Assembly (NCBI RefSeq): GCF_964204645.1
Contig: NC_134025.1
Location: 23,664,299-23,728,298, forward strand
From: Tubulanus polymorphus
Lineage: Eukaryota; Animalia; Nemertea
DNA length: 64,000 nt
Direction: 5' to 3'
Part shown: in pieces, positions 1-10,511 of the stretch
How positions within the stretch are numbered: position 1 is the first letter of the stretch
Layout of the letters: each line of letters opens with the position of its first letter
Notes under the pieces: generated by a model
What the model saw: the letters and a program-made list of their open reading frames with translations, nothing else
Told to the model about the DNA's origin: nothing
Database searches by the model: none
Program-made: the position numbers and the translations under genes

Positions 1-2920
1 AGAAATCAACGCAGAAGTTCCCTACTCCAAACTGGAAAAACCATTGACACATCAGCACGGGTTCATTCGTCTTCCAGTTACGTCTAATTTAGTTGATTAT
101 GGCGATGAAGGCTCCGGTAGCTTGAAGATACAAGATGTTTTTTGTCGCGACCCACGTTTCACAACAACGTGCACGGCGAAACAGTTGGTACCGTCGAACA
201 ATGATGGGGTCCAAACGAAACCAATAAAAAACTCGGCTGGCAAGAAATCGCTTAGAAACGAACCAGATAGTAAGCTGACTGAGCACGCATTCGCGAAACC
301 TCTCAAAGTGAGCGAAATTGCTTATCCAAAAAGGAAATGCGAGTCCATCATGTCTTCTTCCACCGTGAACAATGGAGATGTGGTGCGAGGCGACAATTAT
401 CAAGTACTTTTGGCCCAATTAAATGTCGACAAACTTGCTGTAGATGAAACAGCTGTTGCTCCTGCGAACTCAGAAAATTATTCAAATGTTGATTATTCGA
501 TGTTGCCAGTACAAATGACTGGCAAACAGTATAAATGTTCGAAGCCGTTCAGACTGGTAAAACGACAGCTAATTGAGGGAAAATTAAAATCATTTGTTTT
601 GCCAATAAACGAAGCAGCTAATGCGGATGTTATACATGCATTACCACCCAAACCGAGTGAACATGGGAAGAAGGTGCCTGCCGTGAGAAACGAAGTTAAA
701 CGATGTTCCTTGGATATGAAAAGAATGACGTCGAAATGCCGACCGAGTTCGGTTGACAAAACACCAAATTCCAATCAACAGCGAGGCGCCTTTGATAGTT
801 TAGCTCGCATCTTTGCCGAAGTTATCGGTTCATTTTCCGATAAAAACGATACTCCTATTGAACAGAATGCAAATGAAAGTGAATGCGGTAGAACTTTTCC
901 TGATTCCGGGCTGAAAGAAAAAAACATTGCTGACGATGGGCCTGTTTCGTTCCATGTAAGCGATGTCAGCGGAGCGAACCACACAGGCGTTGTTGAAAGT
1001 GAATCATCACTTGAGAAAATTAGTAAAGTGTCTACTATATCAATTTCCGAAGGAAAAACTGATTTGGCGAGCAAACCTGATGTGGCTGCCAACGGAAACC
1101 CGTGTGATGCAATCGGCAATATCCAGCCTGATTCGAAAAAGACTGTCGTTTCCTTATCCGATATCGTCAATCCCGATCCGATGAAAAGCGATGATAACAT
1201 GACGGTCGGTAATGTCCATTCGGAATCGAATGAGCCGATAGTTTATTCAAGGGTACCAGCCCCGCCGCGAATCTGCAAAGCTTATCGAGAACGATTTGGT
1301 ATCGTAAAAATGCCAATAGTTCGCTTGAAGAACGTCGGCTATTTGATGCGCAACAAACCGTCAGTTTTGCTAACACAGCCGAAAATGAAGAGATATCTCC
1401 GTCGAACGTATCCTCATGTACTAGATTCGTTGTCAGGGAAAGGTTTTCTCGCATCCTTGTCCCCAGATCTTGTACAGACACGCCCCCGTGTAACCAAACG
1501 TGGTCGAAAAAGTATAGCCGGATCGACTACTAAAACCGATGCAAACGATGCGCGAAATGGTAGATTTTCTTGCGCCACTGGAAGCCATTCAATCGACGAC
1601 GGAAAAACCGTGGAAAACATGCTGCAATGCAAACCGAAAAGCTCACCTGATAGAAGCACGTGTCTCGAAGTAGATGAGAAAGCCAGATATATTCGTTCTA
1701 GCGATTCAGTTCCCAGAAAAATCTCTCGACTGAAAACCGATTTAGTTATAGCTGAAGACGAGAGAAAAACCACCATAAGACGGCGGGTATCCAGATTGCA
1801 GACGCAAAAAGGCCTATGCACCAAATCAAAACTGATGAATGATGTGGATGAACACAAAGAAATCCCTTCTGCTGTCTCAAGAATACGTAGGAAATACATT
1901 AGAAAAGGAGTCGCGGAGAGATTGAAATCTACTAAAAGGCAAAAAAAGAAATCTGGGCGGTTGTATGAAAAGTCTCAAAAAGAATTATCATTAATATGTA
2001 TTACTGAAAAGTCTGAGGAAAATGGCCAAAGGCTATCCACAGGCAGCACCGATATTAAAGCGGTTTCCGATCAGCAGTTTCCACTAACAGCTCGAACGAA
2101 GTTATCTCGTGAAATTTCAAGGCTGAAAACTGCGCTAGTAATTGCTGAAGACGAGGCGAAGGCCATGCAGGAAGACAGGTCTGTTGGTCGCAGGAAGACC
2201 TCCAGACTGCGTTTTACGAATGGAAAGATAGGGCGATCAAGAAACAGCAAGAGACGGAAAGATAGGAGCGACTTAGCTCAAAAACAAGGGACTGATTTCG
2301 CAGAATCTTTCACCCGAATTCGCAAATCCACCAAAGACAAGTTGAGGCAACTCGCCCAAAATCGGAAGTACAAGCATAGTCAGCTGAGTTCTGCTGAGGG
2401 ATCCTGTAAAGTGGAAATAATAGATAGCACCGATAGATCGAAAACTGGCATCGGGTTAGTGATGCAAAGTGACGATTTGCATTCCTCCAATCCTGTCTTG
2501 GAATCTGTACGGACTCCGGAGAAACGAGAACTCGATGCAAATATTAATAGTTTATTTGAAATTGCCAATTTGCACGAAGAACCTACGAAAGATGAAATAG
2601 ATCACGTATCTCTGCTTGGCCTCGAATCGACAGATTGTGATTATGAAGCTTACACCGACGAAAAACGGTTAGAAGATGGGTCGACCCACCTAGTGAACAC
2701 CCGATCGCCAAAAGTTGCTGGAGAAATTGATTCGACTCGGGTAATTATAGCTGGTGATGGTAATTCGTCTCGCGTAGAAAGCACTGAGTCTACAACACGT
2801 ATCGATTCATTTATTAAGATTCGTAGTCGAAACGAAGAAAGAATTTTCAAATTGAAAAAACGTCTTCAAGAACAACAAAAGGCTCTCGAGAACGTTAGAA
2901 GCTTCAATACAAACATCTAA
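1..2920 (+). CDS. Large terminal coding exon (partial, frame open from the window start) of a basic, disordered nuclear protein, LRIF1-like
   Basis: 958+ aa stop-free frame that stays open back to position 2. Contains RERFGIVKMPIVRLKNV (PxVxL), K/R-rich NLS-like stretches and a terminal RNEERIFKLKKRLQEQQKALENVR coiled coil. From memory these resemble the two conserved LRIF1 blocks. AATAAA at ~3968. Confidence 0.6.
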   Translation, partial: EINAEVPYSKLEKPLTHQHGFIRLPVTSNLVDYGDEGSGSLKIQDVFCRDPRFTTTCTAKQLVPSNNDGVQTKPIKNSAGKKSLRNEPDSKLTEHAFAKPLKVSEIAYPKRKCESIMSSSTVNNGDVVRGDNYQVLLAQLNVDKLAVDETAVAPANSENYSNVDYSMLPVQMTGKQYKCSKPFRLVKRQLIEGKLKSFVLPINEAANADVIHALPPKPSEHGKKVPAVRNEVKRCSLDMKRMTSKCRPSSVDKTPNSNQQRGAFDSLARIFAEVIGSFSDKNDTPIEQNANESECGRTFPDSGLKEKNIADDGPVSFHVSDVSGANHTGVVESESSLEKISKVSTISISEGKTDLASKPDVAANGNPCDAIGNIQPDSKKTVVSLSDIVNPDPMKSDDNMTVGNVHSESNEPIVYSRVPAPPRICKAYRERFGIVKMPIVRLKNVGYLMRNKPSVLLTQPKMKRYLRRTYPHVLDSLSGKGFLASLSPDLVQTRPRVTKRGRKSIAGSTTKTDANDARNGRFSCATGSHSIDDGKTVENMLQCKPKSSPDRSTCLEVDEKARYIRSSDSVPRKISRLKTDLVIAEDERKTTIRRRVSRLQTQKGLCTKSKLMNDVDEHKEIPSAVSRIRRKYIRKGVAERLKSTKRQKKKSGRLYEKSQKELSLICITEKSEENGQRLSTGSTDIKAVSDQQFPLTARTKLSREISRLKTALVIAEDEAKAMQEDRSVGRRKTSRLRFTNGKIGRSRNSKRRKDRSDLAQKQGTDFAESFTRIRKSTKDKLRQLAQNRKYKHSQLSSAEGSCKVEIIDSTDRSKTGIGLVMQSDDLHSSNPVLESVRTPEKRELDANINSLFEIANLHEEPTKDEIDHVSLLGLESTDCDYEAYTDEKRLEDGSTHLVNTRSPKVAGEIDSTRVIIAGDGNSSRVESTESTTRIDSFIKIRSRNEERIFKLKKRLQEQQKALENVRSFNTNI

Positions 2921-2948
2921 TTAGCTGTGATTCTAGGTTGAGGTTATA

Positions 2949-3380
2949 TTTTAGCTCATTTTGGACTTAGTGCCAACAGGCTATAATTGCGTTCACTTTT
3001 CGCCCGTCGTCAGTCTGTAGACGAAAATTTTTCTATACGCTTTAGTGTATGGCCGTATCTACATTGAATAGCTTAAAGCTACGCCTCCATGAAAGTTTCT
3101 ATGATTGTGGTGATTTTAAGGTCATTGGCTTCTGCATACAGGGGTGTTGCATGGGAGAAATTACTTAGTATTTCGATTGATATTGGGATCTATGCTTATT
3201 TATCACATTCAATTGCTAAGTTGTAGCTTCGACGTGTTTATATGCTTATGAGTGTGGTGAGCTTCAAGGTCATTGGTTTTTGTTTATGGTCACCAAGGAC
3301 GTAGAATTTTGGAATTGTCAGATTTTCGAGCATTTCAGACCATTTTCGTAGTGGGCATGGTGTCCCTAGACCGCTAGTTT
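2949..3380 (+). mobile_element. Degenerate non-autonomous Helentron-like (HINE/DINE-type) interspersed repeat in the 3' UTR
   Basis: Starts TTTTAGCTCA, then a CCCGTCGTCAGTCTGT microsatellite-like tract, two imperfect internal repeats (tatga.tgtggtga..tt.aaggtcattgg at ~3101 and ~3247), and ends in a GGGCATGGTGTCCC hairpin plus CTAGTTT. This layout is typical of HINEs. Confidence 0.45.
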
Positions 3381-4726
3381 CCAATATGATTTTCTGTTGA
3401 CATATTCAAGATTAATGAATGACAGTATATCGAGCTCTAGATTTCTTAATTCAGAATTTGATAGATTGAAACACACGTAACATGATGAGTGCGTGATGGG
3501 AATATATTTATATGCCGGATAATTGTATGTATTTGTTCAACGGTTTACTATCTACGCAACTATTAGAATTGATTGAATCGAACTTTTTGAATTTTGCAAT
3601 GTTGTTGTTATGAAGTTTCTCTACTCCTTCAAAATCGAGTAATGTTATTGTGTTATTTAAATAATATTTGGAATCTATATGAAATTTGTCTCTTCCTTTA
3701 AAATCAAGTTACATTGTACTATATTATGTTAAAGATGTTTTCATCTTTCTCCGCGAGGTTGATTACATGTATTTTCGTGTATCGCTGGGTGATAAGATCA
3801 TTTCGTACGATGTGAGTTAACTTGAAATCTGATAAATGTCTGCATTTTGTAATCACTATAATTGTAGGGTGGTGGTTAGAAGAATAATTTTAGCACTTTG
3901 TTGACTAACTCTTACATTGCTGTTTGTATGTTTTTTTTTTGCATTTATATGAAAGAAAATATTAAGAAATAAATTTTTCAAATTAAACTCTGGCCAATGT
4001 TAGTTGATGCTTTGCTGGGCATGAGGATACTCGCACTCGTGTCTACCCTCCGGTATTGTAGCTCGATATTACACCAGTAGAAGATCCGTTTAAAAGGAGT
4101 AAGGTGGTACTAAGCGGAAGATGAAAGACGTCAATGCGAGGGCGGGCATAGGGGGATTCCATGGGAGCCCAAGTAGATATCCAAAAATCTAAACATCTCG
4201 TCAAACATAAAATTACTCGGTGCTAACACCTAAACAGTATTACATCAAACGAGATTATTCATTTCTGGCCAGATAAAGGCTTAAAAATCTATGTATATAC
4301 ATTTATAGGGGAAAAGTGAGCAGCAATTCTAAATTGAAAAAAAGTCACAAGATTTCTATCTAGATTATTAATGTAGCTCTCAAATTAAGTATCGTTTCGT
4401 TTTCCCTGGAATTATCATACTGTGGATTGATTTACATGTGTAAGGTAGAATAAATACATTTCGACTCGTCCAGTAATCGGTTGGTATGAGTGATTTCCAC
4501 TCTTTTCCGAATGTTACCCTCTCGACTTAAATATGAAATTCGTCACCAAAGTCACTACATGTACACAGGACTTCTCAAAATATTCACGATAGCTATAACG
4601 ATCTCTTTCAACAGGCAACCTATAATTGCTTGAACAAAATTTAAGTATTTTTTCCTTTTACTTGGAGGTACTTTTTAGACCGAATTGGTATGCTAGAATA
4701 ATCTAGTTTACCACTAGGCCAATCAG

Positions 4727-5407
4727 ATGCGTTGTTTCTCACCGGCAGATTTACCCGTAATCGGGGACTCAAATCTTCGGGAATGTGATATCCCAACAGG
4801 TGTTATTATTTACCAACCAGGCGCAACCAGCGATAAAATATCGTCACTTCTGACTGAAGCTGATTCCGCGGTTCCGGATAGGTCGTCAATTGGTGACGTA
4901 ATTTTACACTTGGGTACCAACGATGTAAATAACAACAAGAATGACACTGACTCAGTTAAAATGAATTTGTCTTTAGCTCTAGCTAAGACTACAGAACATT
5001 ACCCAAATGCGCATGTTTTCTTATCCAGTATAATACCAAGAAAAGGAGGCGACAACAACGTAAAGGCATTCAATAACGCTGCAAAAGGGGTTAACAGTTA
5101 TATGGAAAAACTATGTACAAAACAAAACATTTGTTTCATTGACAATGACACCTTGCTTAAAACAGCTTCGGGAAAGACGCAGGAGCGTTTTTACTCGCCA
5201 ACAGATAAAAGTGGTGTTCATCTGAACGAGACTGGAAAGCTGGCGCTGATTAAAAACTTCTGCGAAGCGATTGACGGCACTGGAGATCGTGATGTTTTCC
5301 AAACTCCGGGTTCTGGAAATAAACTCAAACGCAAAGAGCGATCTTTAACATCAACGCCACCGTCGGCTGAAAAAACGTCAAAAAAACCAAACGTAAACGC
5401 AGAATAG
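4727..5407 (+). CDS. LINE ORF1 fragment, SGNH/GDSL esterase domain
   Basis: Block I VIGDSNLR, block III ILHLGTNDV, block V SGVHLNETG. Esterase-type ORF1 is known from CR1/L2 LINEs. The ATG at 4727 lies inside the flanking inverted repeat, so it is probably not the native start. Confidence 0.8.
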   Translation: MRCFSPADLPVIGDSNLRECDIPTGVIIYQPGATSDKISSLLTEADSAVPDRSSIGDVILHLGTNDVNNNKNDTDSVKMNLSLALAKTTEHYPNAHVFLSSIIPRKGGDNNVKAFNNAAKGVNSYMEKLCTKQNICFIDNDTLLKTASGKTQERFYSPTDKSGVHLNETGKLALIKNFCEAIDGTGDRDVFQTPGSGNKLKRKERSLTSTPPSAEKTSKKPNVNAE

Positions 5408-5738
5408 GATGAGTGACTTGAATATACCGGACATAGTCAATACTTGTGTTTATGTCATTTCGATCGTTTTTCTCCTCGACGTGGTGAATTTCTCTTTCCC
5501 TTCTCACACTGTGAGAAATATAAAAAATAATTATGATTGTCTCAATGTCTATGGTAGTCAATCTTCAATTATAGGTTTAACTAAAACCTGTACACAATTT
5601 AAAAACTATAGCGTAGTATTATATATTTTACTACATTTGGGTGTTTATTCATTGAAATTCCAATGCGTAAACATCCAAATGAAATAATACGTGACTTAAA
5701 TATTTGTGTTCTTTATATTCATTCAAACTTTTGTGAAA

Positions 5739-8654
5739 ATGGATGACGATATACTTAACTGTGAATACAAATGTTCCTATGATTTTGATGTGAATTTACT
5801 AAATCATGATGGCAAAGATTCACCTCTCAGTTTTTTTCATGCGAATGTACGAAGTGCAAATAAAAATTTTGATTCATTTTCCGATTATCTCCAAACTTTG
5901 AACTATAATTTTTCAATTGTCGGTTTGTCAGAAACATGGACTGATGACAATTGTCAAAATGATTCATTGTATCATTTGCCGAATTATTCGAGTTTATTCC
6001 GCAGTAGAAACGATAAAGGAGGTGGCGGAGTTGCGCTTTTGATTAAAAATTCTATAAATTTTAAGATCAGAGATGATCTCTCCTTAGCTGAATCTTTGTT
6101 TATAGAAGTCCCTCTTAAACCGAAAAGCATTATCGTCGGAGTTATTTATCGTGCTCCTGATAGTGATATAGCTAATTTCATCAAAGAATTTCAGTCATTT
6201 ACTGAACGCGTAAATAAAGAGAAATTAGATGTTTTAATTTTGGGGGATTATAACATTGATTTCGGAAATTACGGTGCGAGTGGTCAGTGTGACGCTTTTA
6301 TGGATGAGGCTATTTCCAATTCATTTATGCCATTAATTAATATCCCTACTCGTGTCACTGACCACTCGTCAACCGTAATTGACAATATTTTGGTAAACTT
6401 TTTTGATAATTACAGTTTTACTAGCGGTGTATTTTTGGCGGACATAACTGACCATTATCCTATTTATACTTTTGTTCACGGTTTGTACGAGTCTCATGAT
6501 ACTAAACTACCGCGGATTAAAATCCGAGATATTAATCCTCGGACCACGGAACGCTTCACGCGCTGTTTATTATCATGCGACTGGCAAAATGTGTATAATA
6601 GCAATGACCCAGAAGTCTCATGTAAGGAGTTCTATAACATTGTTGATTATTATTTTGAAATCTGTTTCCCTTTTAAGTATGTAACTCCTGGCGTGGAGAA
6701 AAATGATAAACCGTGGTTAACCTGTGGTATTCGACGTTCTATCAAACAGAAAGAAAAACTGTATAAAAAATATTTACGTAAAAAAACCCAGGAATGTAAG
6801 GATAAATATTGTACGTATCGAAATAAGCTCAATTCGATTTTAAAGAAATGTAAGCAAATGTATTATAAGAATGTATTCGCCTCCTGTAAATCAGATCCTA
6901 AAGAAACATGGAAACAGGTTAATAACTTACTCAATAAACAGAAACGCGATAAACCCCATTCTCAATTTGTATATAAAGACAAAGTAATTTCAACAGATTA
7001 TGATATAGCCAGTGGTTTTAACGACTATTTTGTTAATATTGCCGGCTCCTTAGAATCAAAAATACCGCCTTCCGATAAACATTTTAAAGATTTTCTAGAG
7101 GAACGAAATCATATAAACTTTTTTCTGTCACCGACGACACCCAATGAAATTGAATTAATTGTGCATGGCTTTAAAAATAAACTATCCAGTGGTTGTGATC
7201 AAATCAGCACTAAACTATTGAAATCAATAATTCAAGTTATTTCACAACCCCTTTGTCATATTTTTAATAATAGCTTTCTTACGGGTATTGTTCCTAGCAT
7301 ATTTAAGATCGCTCACGTAACACCTATTTTTAAAAGTGGCGATAAATCGCAGTTCAATAACTATCGACCTATTTCTGTCCTTCCCGCTATATCTAAGATA
7401 ATAGAGAAACTCGTTTATAATAGACTCCAGGCATTCCTTGAAAATTTCAATATTCTATCAGATCGTCAATTTGGTTTCAGGAAAAATAGATCCACTGCCT
7501 CAGCCTTAGCATTTATTACGGATAAGATAACTGATTATCTTGAAAATGGCAAAGTCACGATTGGTGTCTTCGTTGATTTGTCAAAGGCTTTTGACACAAT
7601 CAATCATAATATTTTAATTTCAAAATTGGAAAATTATGGAATTCGTGGGCCCCCTCTACAATGGTTTCGAAATTACCTAGAAGACCGTAAACAATGTGTT
7701 AAATATAATAACTCCTTATCTCCAACTAGAAATATAACTTTCGGAGTTCCTCAAGGCTCAATCCTAGGTCCTTTGCTTTTTCTTGTATATATCAATGATT
7801 GCCCCTCTTCTTGTAAACTCCTAGAGTCAATTTTTTTCGCTGATGATAGTAATTTTTTCATCAGCGATAAGGACCCCAAGAAACTAGAGCAAGTTTTAAA
7901 TTCTCAGCTGGAGAAACTTCTTCAGTGGTTTCGAGCAAATAGGCTCTCTGTGAACGCTATTAAAACTCATTTTATTGTCTTTGGTTATAAGTGTCTAGGT
8001 CAAATTAATCTTTTTTTCGATGGACAAAGAGTTTCGCGTGTAGATAGTACTAAATTCTTAGGTGTAATTTTTGACCAGAGACTGACATGGCGGGACCATA
8101 TTCAATACATCTCTCGAAAGGTTTCCCGGGGAATTGGAATCATCAATAGGCTTAAACATGTTCTTCCTTTTGGTGTTCTTAAAAATTTATATTATTGTTT
8201 TGTCAATCCACATCTTGCATATGCAACTTTAATCTGGGGTAATTCATGTAATATTTACTTGGAACCCTTATTTCGTCTCCAAAAGAAAGCAATTCGGATA
8301 ATAACACATTCTTTTTGGCTAGCACATACATCTCCAATTTTCAAGAAATTAGAAATCTTAAAGCTACACGACATATATCAATTTCAGCTGTGCAATTTTG
8401 TCTTCAGTCAAATTAATCAAAACTTACCATCAATTTTCAATGAATTTTACTGTTTTCTAAAATCCATGACAGGGCGACCTTCTCGTCGCCCACTAAATTT
8501 AAAAGTGGAATATGCGAAATCTAACTTTAGAATGAAATCATTAAAAATCCAAGGTGCAAGATCCTGGAACTCCCTTCCCAGAAAACTCAAATCTTCGAAA
8601 TCACGCCCTTTCTTTAAAAAATGCTTAACCAATTATTTGGTCGCAAAATACTAA
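5739..8654 (+). CDS. LINE ORF2: AP endonuclease + reverse transcriptase
   Basis: HANVRS, GLSETW, GGGVA, VIYRAP, GDYNID, TDHYPI (APE); NYRPISVL, QFGFR, DLSKAFD, GVPQGSILGP, FADD (RT); no internal stops. Confidence 0.95.
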   Translation: MDDDILNCEYKCSYDFDVNLLNHDGKDSPLSFFHANVRSANKNFDSFSDYLQTLNYNFSIVGLSETWTDDNCQNDSLYHLPNYSSLFRSRNDKGGGGVALLIKNSINFKIRDDLSLAESLFIEVPLKPKSIIVGVIYRAPDSDIANFIKEFQSFTERVNKEKLDVLILGDYNIDFGNYGASGQCDAFMDEAISNSFMPLINIPTRVTDHSSTVIDNILVNFFDNYSFTSGVFLADITDHYPIYTFVHGLYESHDTKLPRIKIRDINPRTTERFTRCLLSCDWQNVYNSNDPEVSCKEFYNIVDYYFEICFPFKYVTPGVEKNDKPWLTCGIRRSIKQKEKLYKKYLRKKTQECKDKYCTYRNKLNSILKKCKQMYYKNVFASCKSDPKETWKQVNNLLNKQKRDKPHSQFVYKDKVISTDYDIASGFNDYFVNIAGSLESKIPPSDKHFKDFLEERNHINFFLSPTTPNEIELIVHGFKNKLSSGCDQISTKLLKSIIQVISQPLCHIFNNSFLTGIVPSIFKIAHVTPIFKSGDKSQFNNYRPISVLPAISKIIEKLVYNRLQAFLENFNILSDRQFGFRKNRSTASALAFITDKITDYLENGKVTIGVFVDLSKAFDTINHNILISKLENYGIRGPPLQWFRNYLEDRKQCVKYNNSLSPTRNITFGVPQGSILGPLLFLVYINDCPSSCKLLESIFFADDSNFFISDKDPKKLEQVLNSQLEKLLQWFRANRLSVNAIKTHFIVFGYKCLGQINLFFDGQRVSRVDSTKFLGVIFDQRLTWRDHIQYISRKVSRGIGIINRLKHVLPFGVLKNLYYCFVNPHLAYATLIWGNSCNIYLEPLFRLQKKAIRIITHSFWLAHTSPIFKKLEILKLHDIYQFQLCNFVFSQINQNLPSIFNEFYCFLKSMTGRPSRRPLNLKVEYAKSNFRMKSLKIQGARSWNSLPRKLKSSKSRPFFKKCLTNYLVAKY

Positions 8655-8763
8655 TGCCCGCAACGTGGCCGCCATTTAATTGTTTATATATGTAAAGGGT
8701 GATTCTTGTAACGAATGTGCGTGTATGTGTAAGTGATGAGTGCATGTGAGTGTGATTGTTGAC

Positions 8764-8814
8764 CGAGGGGTAAGGACTCGTATAAGTCAAATTTTGACTT
8801 CTCCTTACTCCTCG
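8764..8814 (+). other. LINE 3' UTR stem-loop (probable RT recognition structure)
   Basis: CGAGGGGTAAGGA pairs with TCCTTACTCCTCG, with an inner AAGTCAA/TTGACTT stem. Confidence 0.65.
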
Positions 8815-9263
8815 CACTATATATTGTTACTCTGAATATAATGTATATTGTGTCGATATTTTTTGTAACAATTTATTTTGCAAATAAATTCAACGAATTG
8901 TTCAACGAATTTGCTACGCATCTGATTGGCTAGATATGTAGACTGGTGGCAACCAGTACGCCTAAGAATCTCGGGCATGTAATACTGCGTGGCCTTGATT
9001 CCAATCTACGAATTATATTTCTGTAAGATTAGAATGCATAAAATGAAGACATGTGTGAATTTTCTGAAAACGCTCACAAATTCAATATAAAGGCCCAGTT
9101 CGGCTGTTAGATCCGAGTTGTATCTTGACTACACCGCACGTAGTCATGGACATCGGTTTCTATGGTAAGTGTGTCGCGAGGGATATTTCTCTAATTTCGT
9201 TTTACACGACGAATTACGTTCTTCTTCCTACGGAGATACGCGCATCTAATTGTTATTTACACG

Positions 9264-10511
9264 ATGGATGATGATACGAGATCTGAGTTCATATTTGCTA
9301 GACGTCGTCTGAGATGTCCTCAAGTAAGAATAGTTGATCGAATATATTTCAAAACAGGACAGTAGGTTAATTCGTCAATTGGGTCATATCAGGTAGGCAT
9401 ATATACCAATGTATATGTTCGCTCTTCAATTCAGGATATTTCCGAACGAAAAAGGAAATTCGATAGCGACGATGATTACGAAACCATTCATAAACGACAA
9501 CGATGCTCAAATAAACAGAGATTTGCGAATCCAAGCTCTACTTTGCAGTCTTCTTTCAATCAATGGACCGTACCAAACGGGCGAAACTCTCCCCTGAGAG
9601 GATCTCAATGTACGTCTATATCGGTTTCTGCGATTTTAGCATCGCAGATTTGCCCAGCCGATAGCTGGGAAAAGAGCCACATCGATTCAATTCTGGGACT
9701 CGGTCACCAAGTTCACAAAAGAACGATCAAACGATTGAAAAGAAAGGGTAAAGCTCCTTACAGAAATTTCCTAATGCCAAAAGAGATCCCCAAGAAATAT
9801 ATGCGGAAAATCCTACCAGAAACAACGGTAAATCTTCTAAAAATCCTGGTCAATTTCTTTTATCAAATGCCTATGAATACTTCGTTTGCATAATATATAC
9901 ATCAGTTTTTTACATTTTTACTGTTTCAGGTGAAATTAATGGATCCAATGGTCGGTTTAGTTTCACGAGATGTAACGGATCCTGATTTGATTGAGCATGT
10001 CACTTCGTTGTATGACGCCATTTCCGTCGTCGGAAGCGTAGATTATGCAGGTCCGTTTTTTTCTATTCAAACCATTTTGTCGCTTGATTTTTTATCCTCG
10101 TCCAAGCGCTTTGCAAATTAGTTTTCAAATGATAGACAACACATTTCCCTATTTTGCAGGAGGCCTACTGACGACCAATGACGAATCTGTCGCAATCCTG
10201 AAATCGTCAGAACCTGAAAGCACGAAATTACATGTCCTAGATCCTCACAGACGAGACCTTGATGGAAAGAGTGACCTTAAAGGCAAAGCAGTGCTCATGT
10301 CTTTCGATTCTGTACACCATCTCGTTAGGTACTTGAAGAAGCAGTCGGCGTGATTGTCCCTTGAATTTCTCCTCGTTTTGAATGATTTAAATTGACAAAT
10401 ATGAAAATACGATGCTATTGTAGATACTGCCAGGCTATGGATGATTTTGGCGATAAACAATTTATGATAACTCCTTTCATTGTCAAGGACAAATCAATCG
10501 TGGCCTCGTGA
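9264..10511 (+). CDS. Spliced gene for a viral-tegument-like deubiquitinase (VTD / peptidase C76-like), ~277 aa
   Basis: Phase-consistent GT-AG exons 9264-9323, 9435-9827, 9930-10050, 10160-10328, 10424-10511. Protein has SSFNQ..RGSQC (catalytic Cys), W...IDSILGLG, HVLDPHRRDLDG...GKAVLMSF (Asp-Pro-His) and QFMITP. Confidence 0.75.

Larger units (their letters stand above)
4733..8913 (+). mobile_element. CR1/L2-group non-LTR retrotransposon (LINE), 5'-truncated within ORF1, ORF2 intact
   Basis: SGNH-type ORF1, APE+RT ORF2, 3' UTR stem-loop at 8764-8814, AATAAA at 8883 and a short tandem tail (TTCAACGAATTG)x2. Confidence 0.9.

Noticed and set aside
89-2850. Several minus-strand ORFs over the first large exon
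   Set aside because: Antisense shadows of the + strand coding frame
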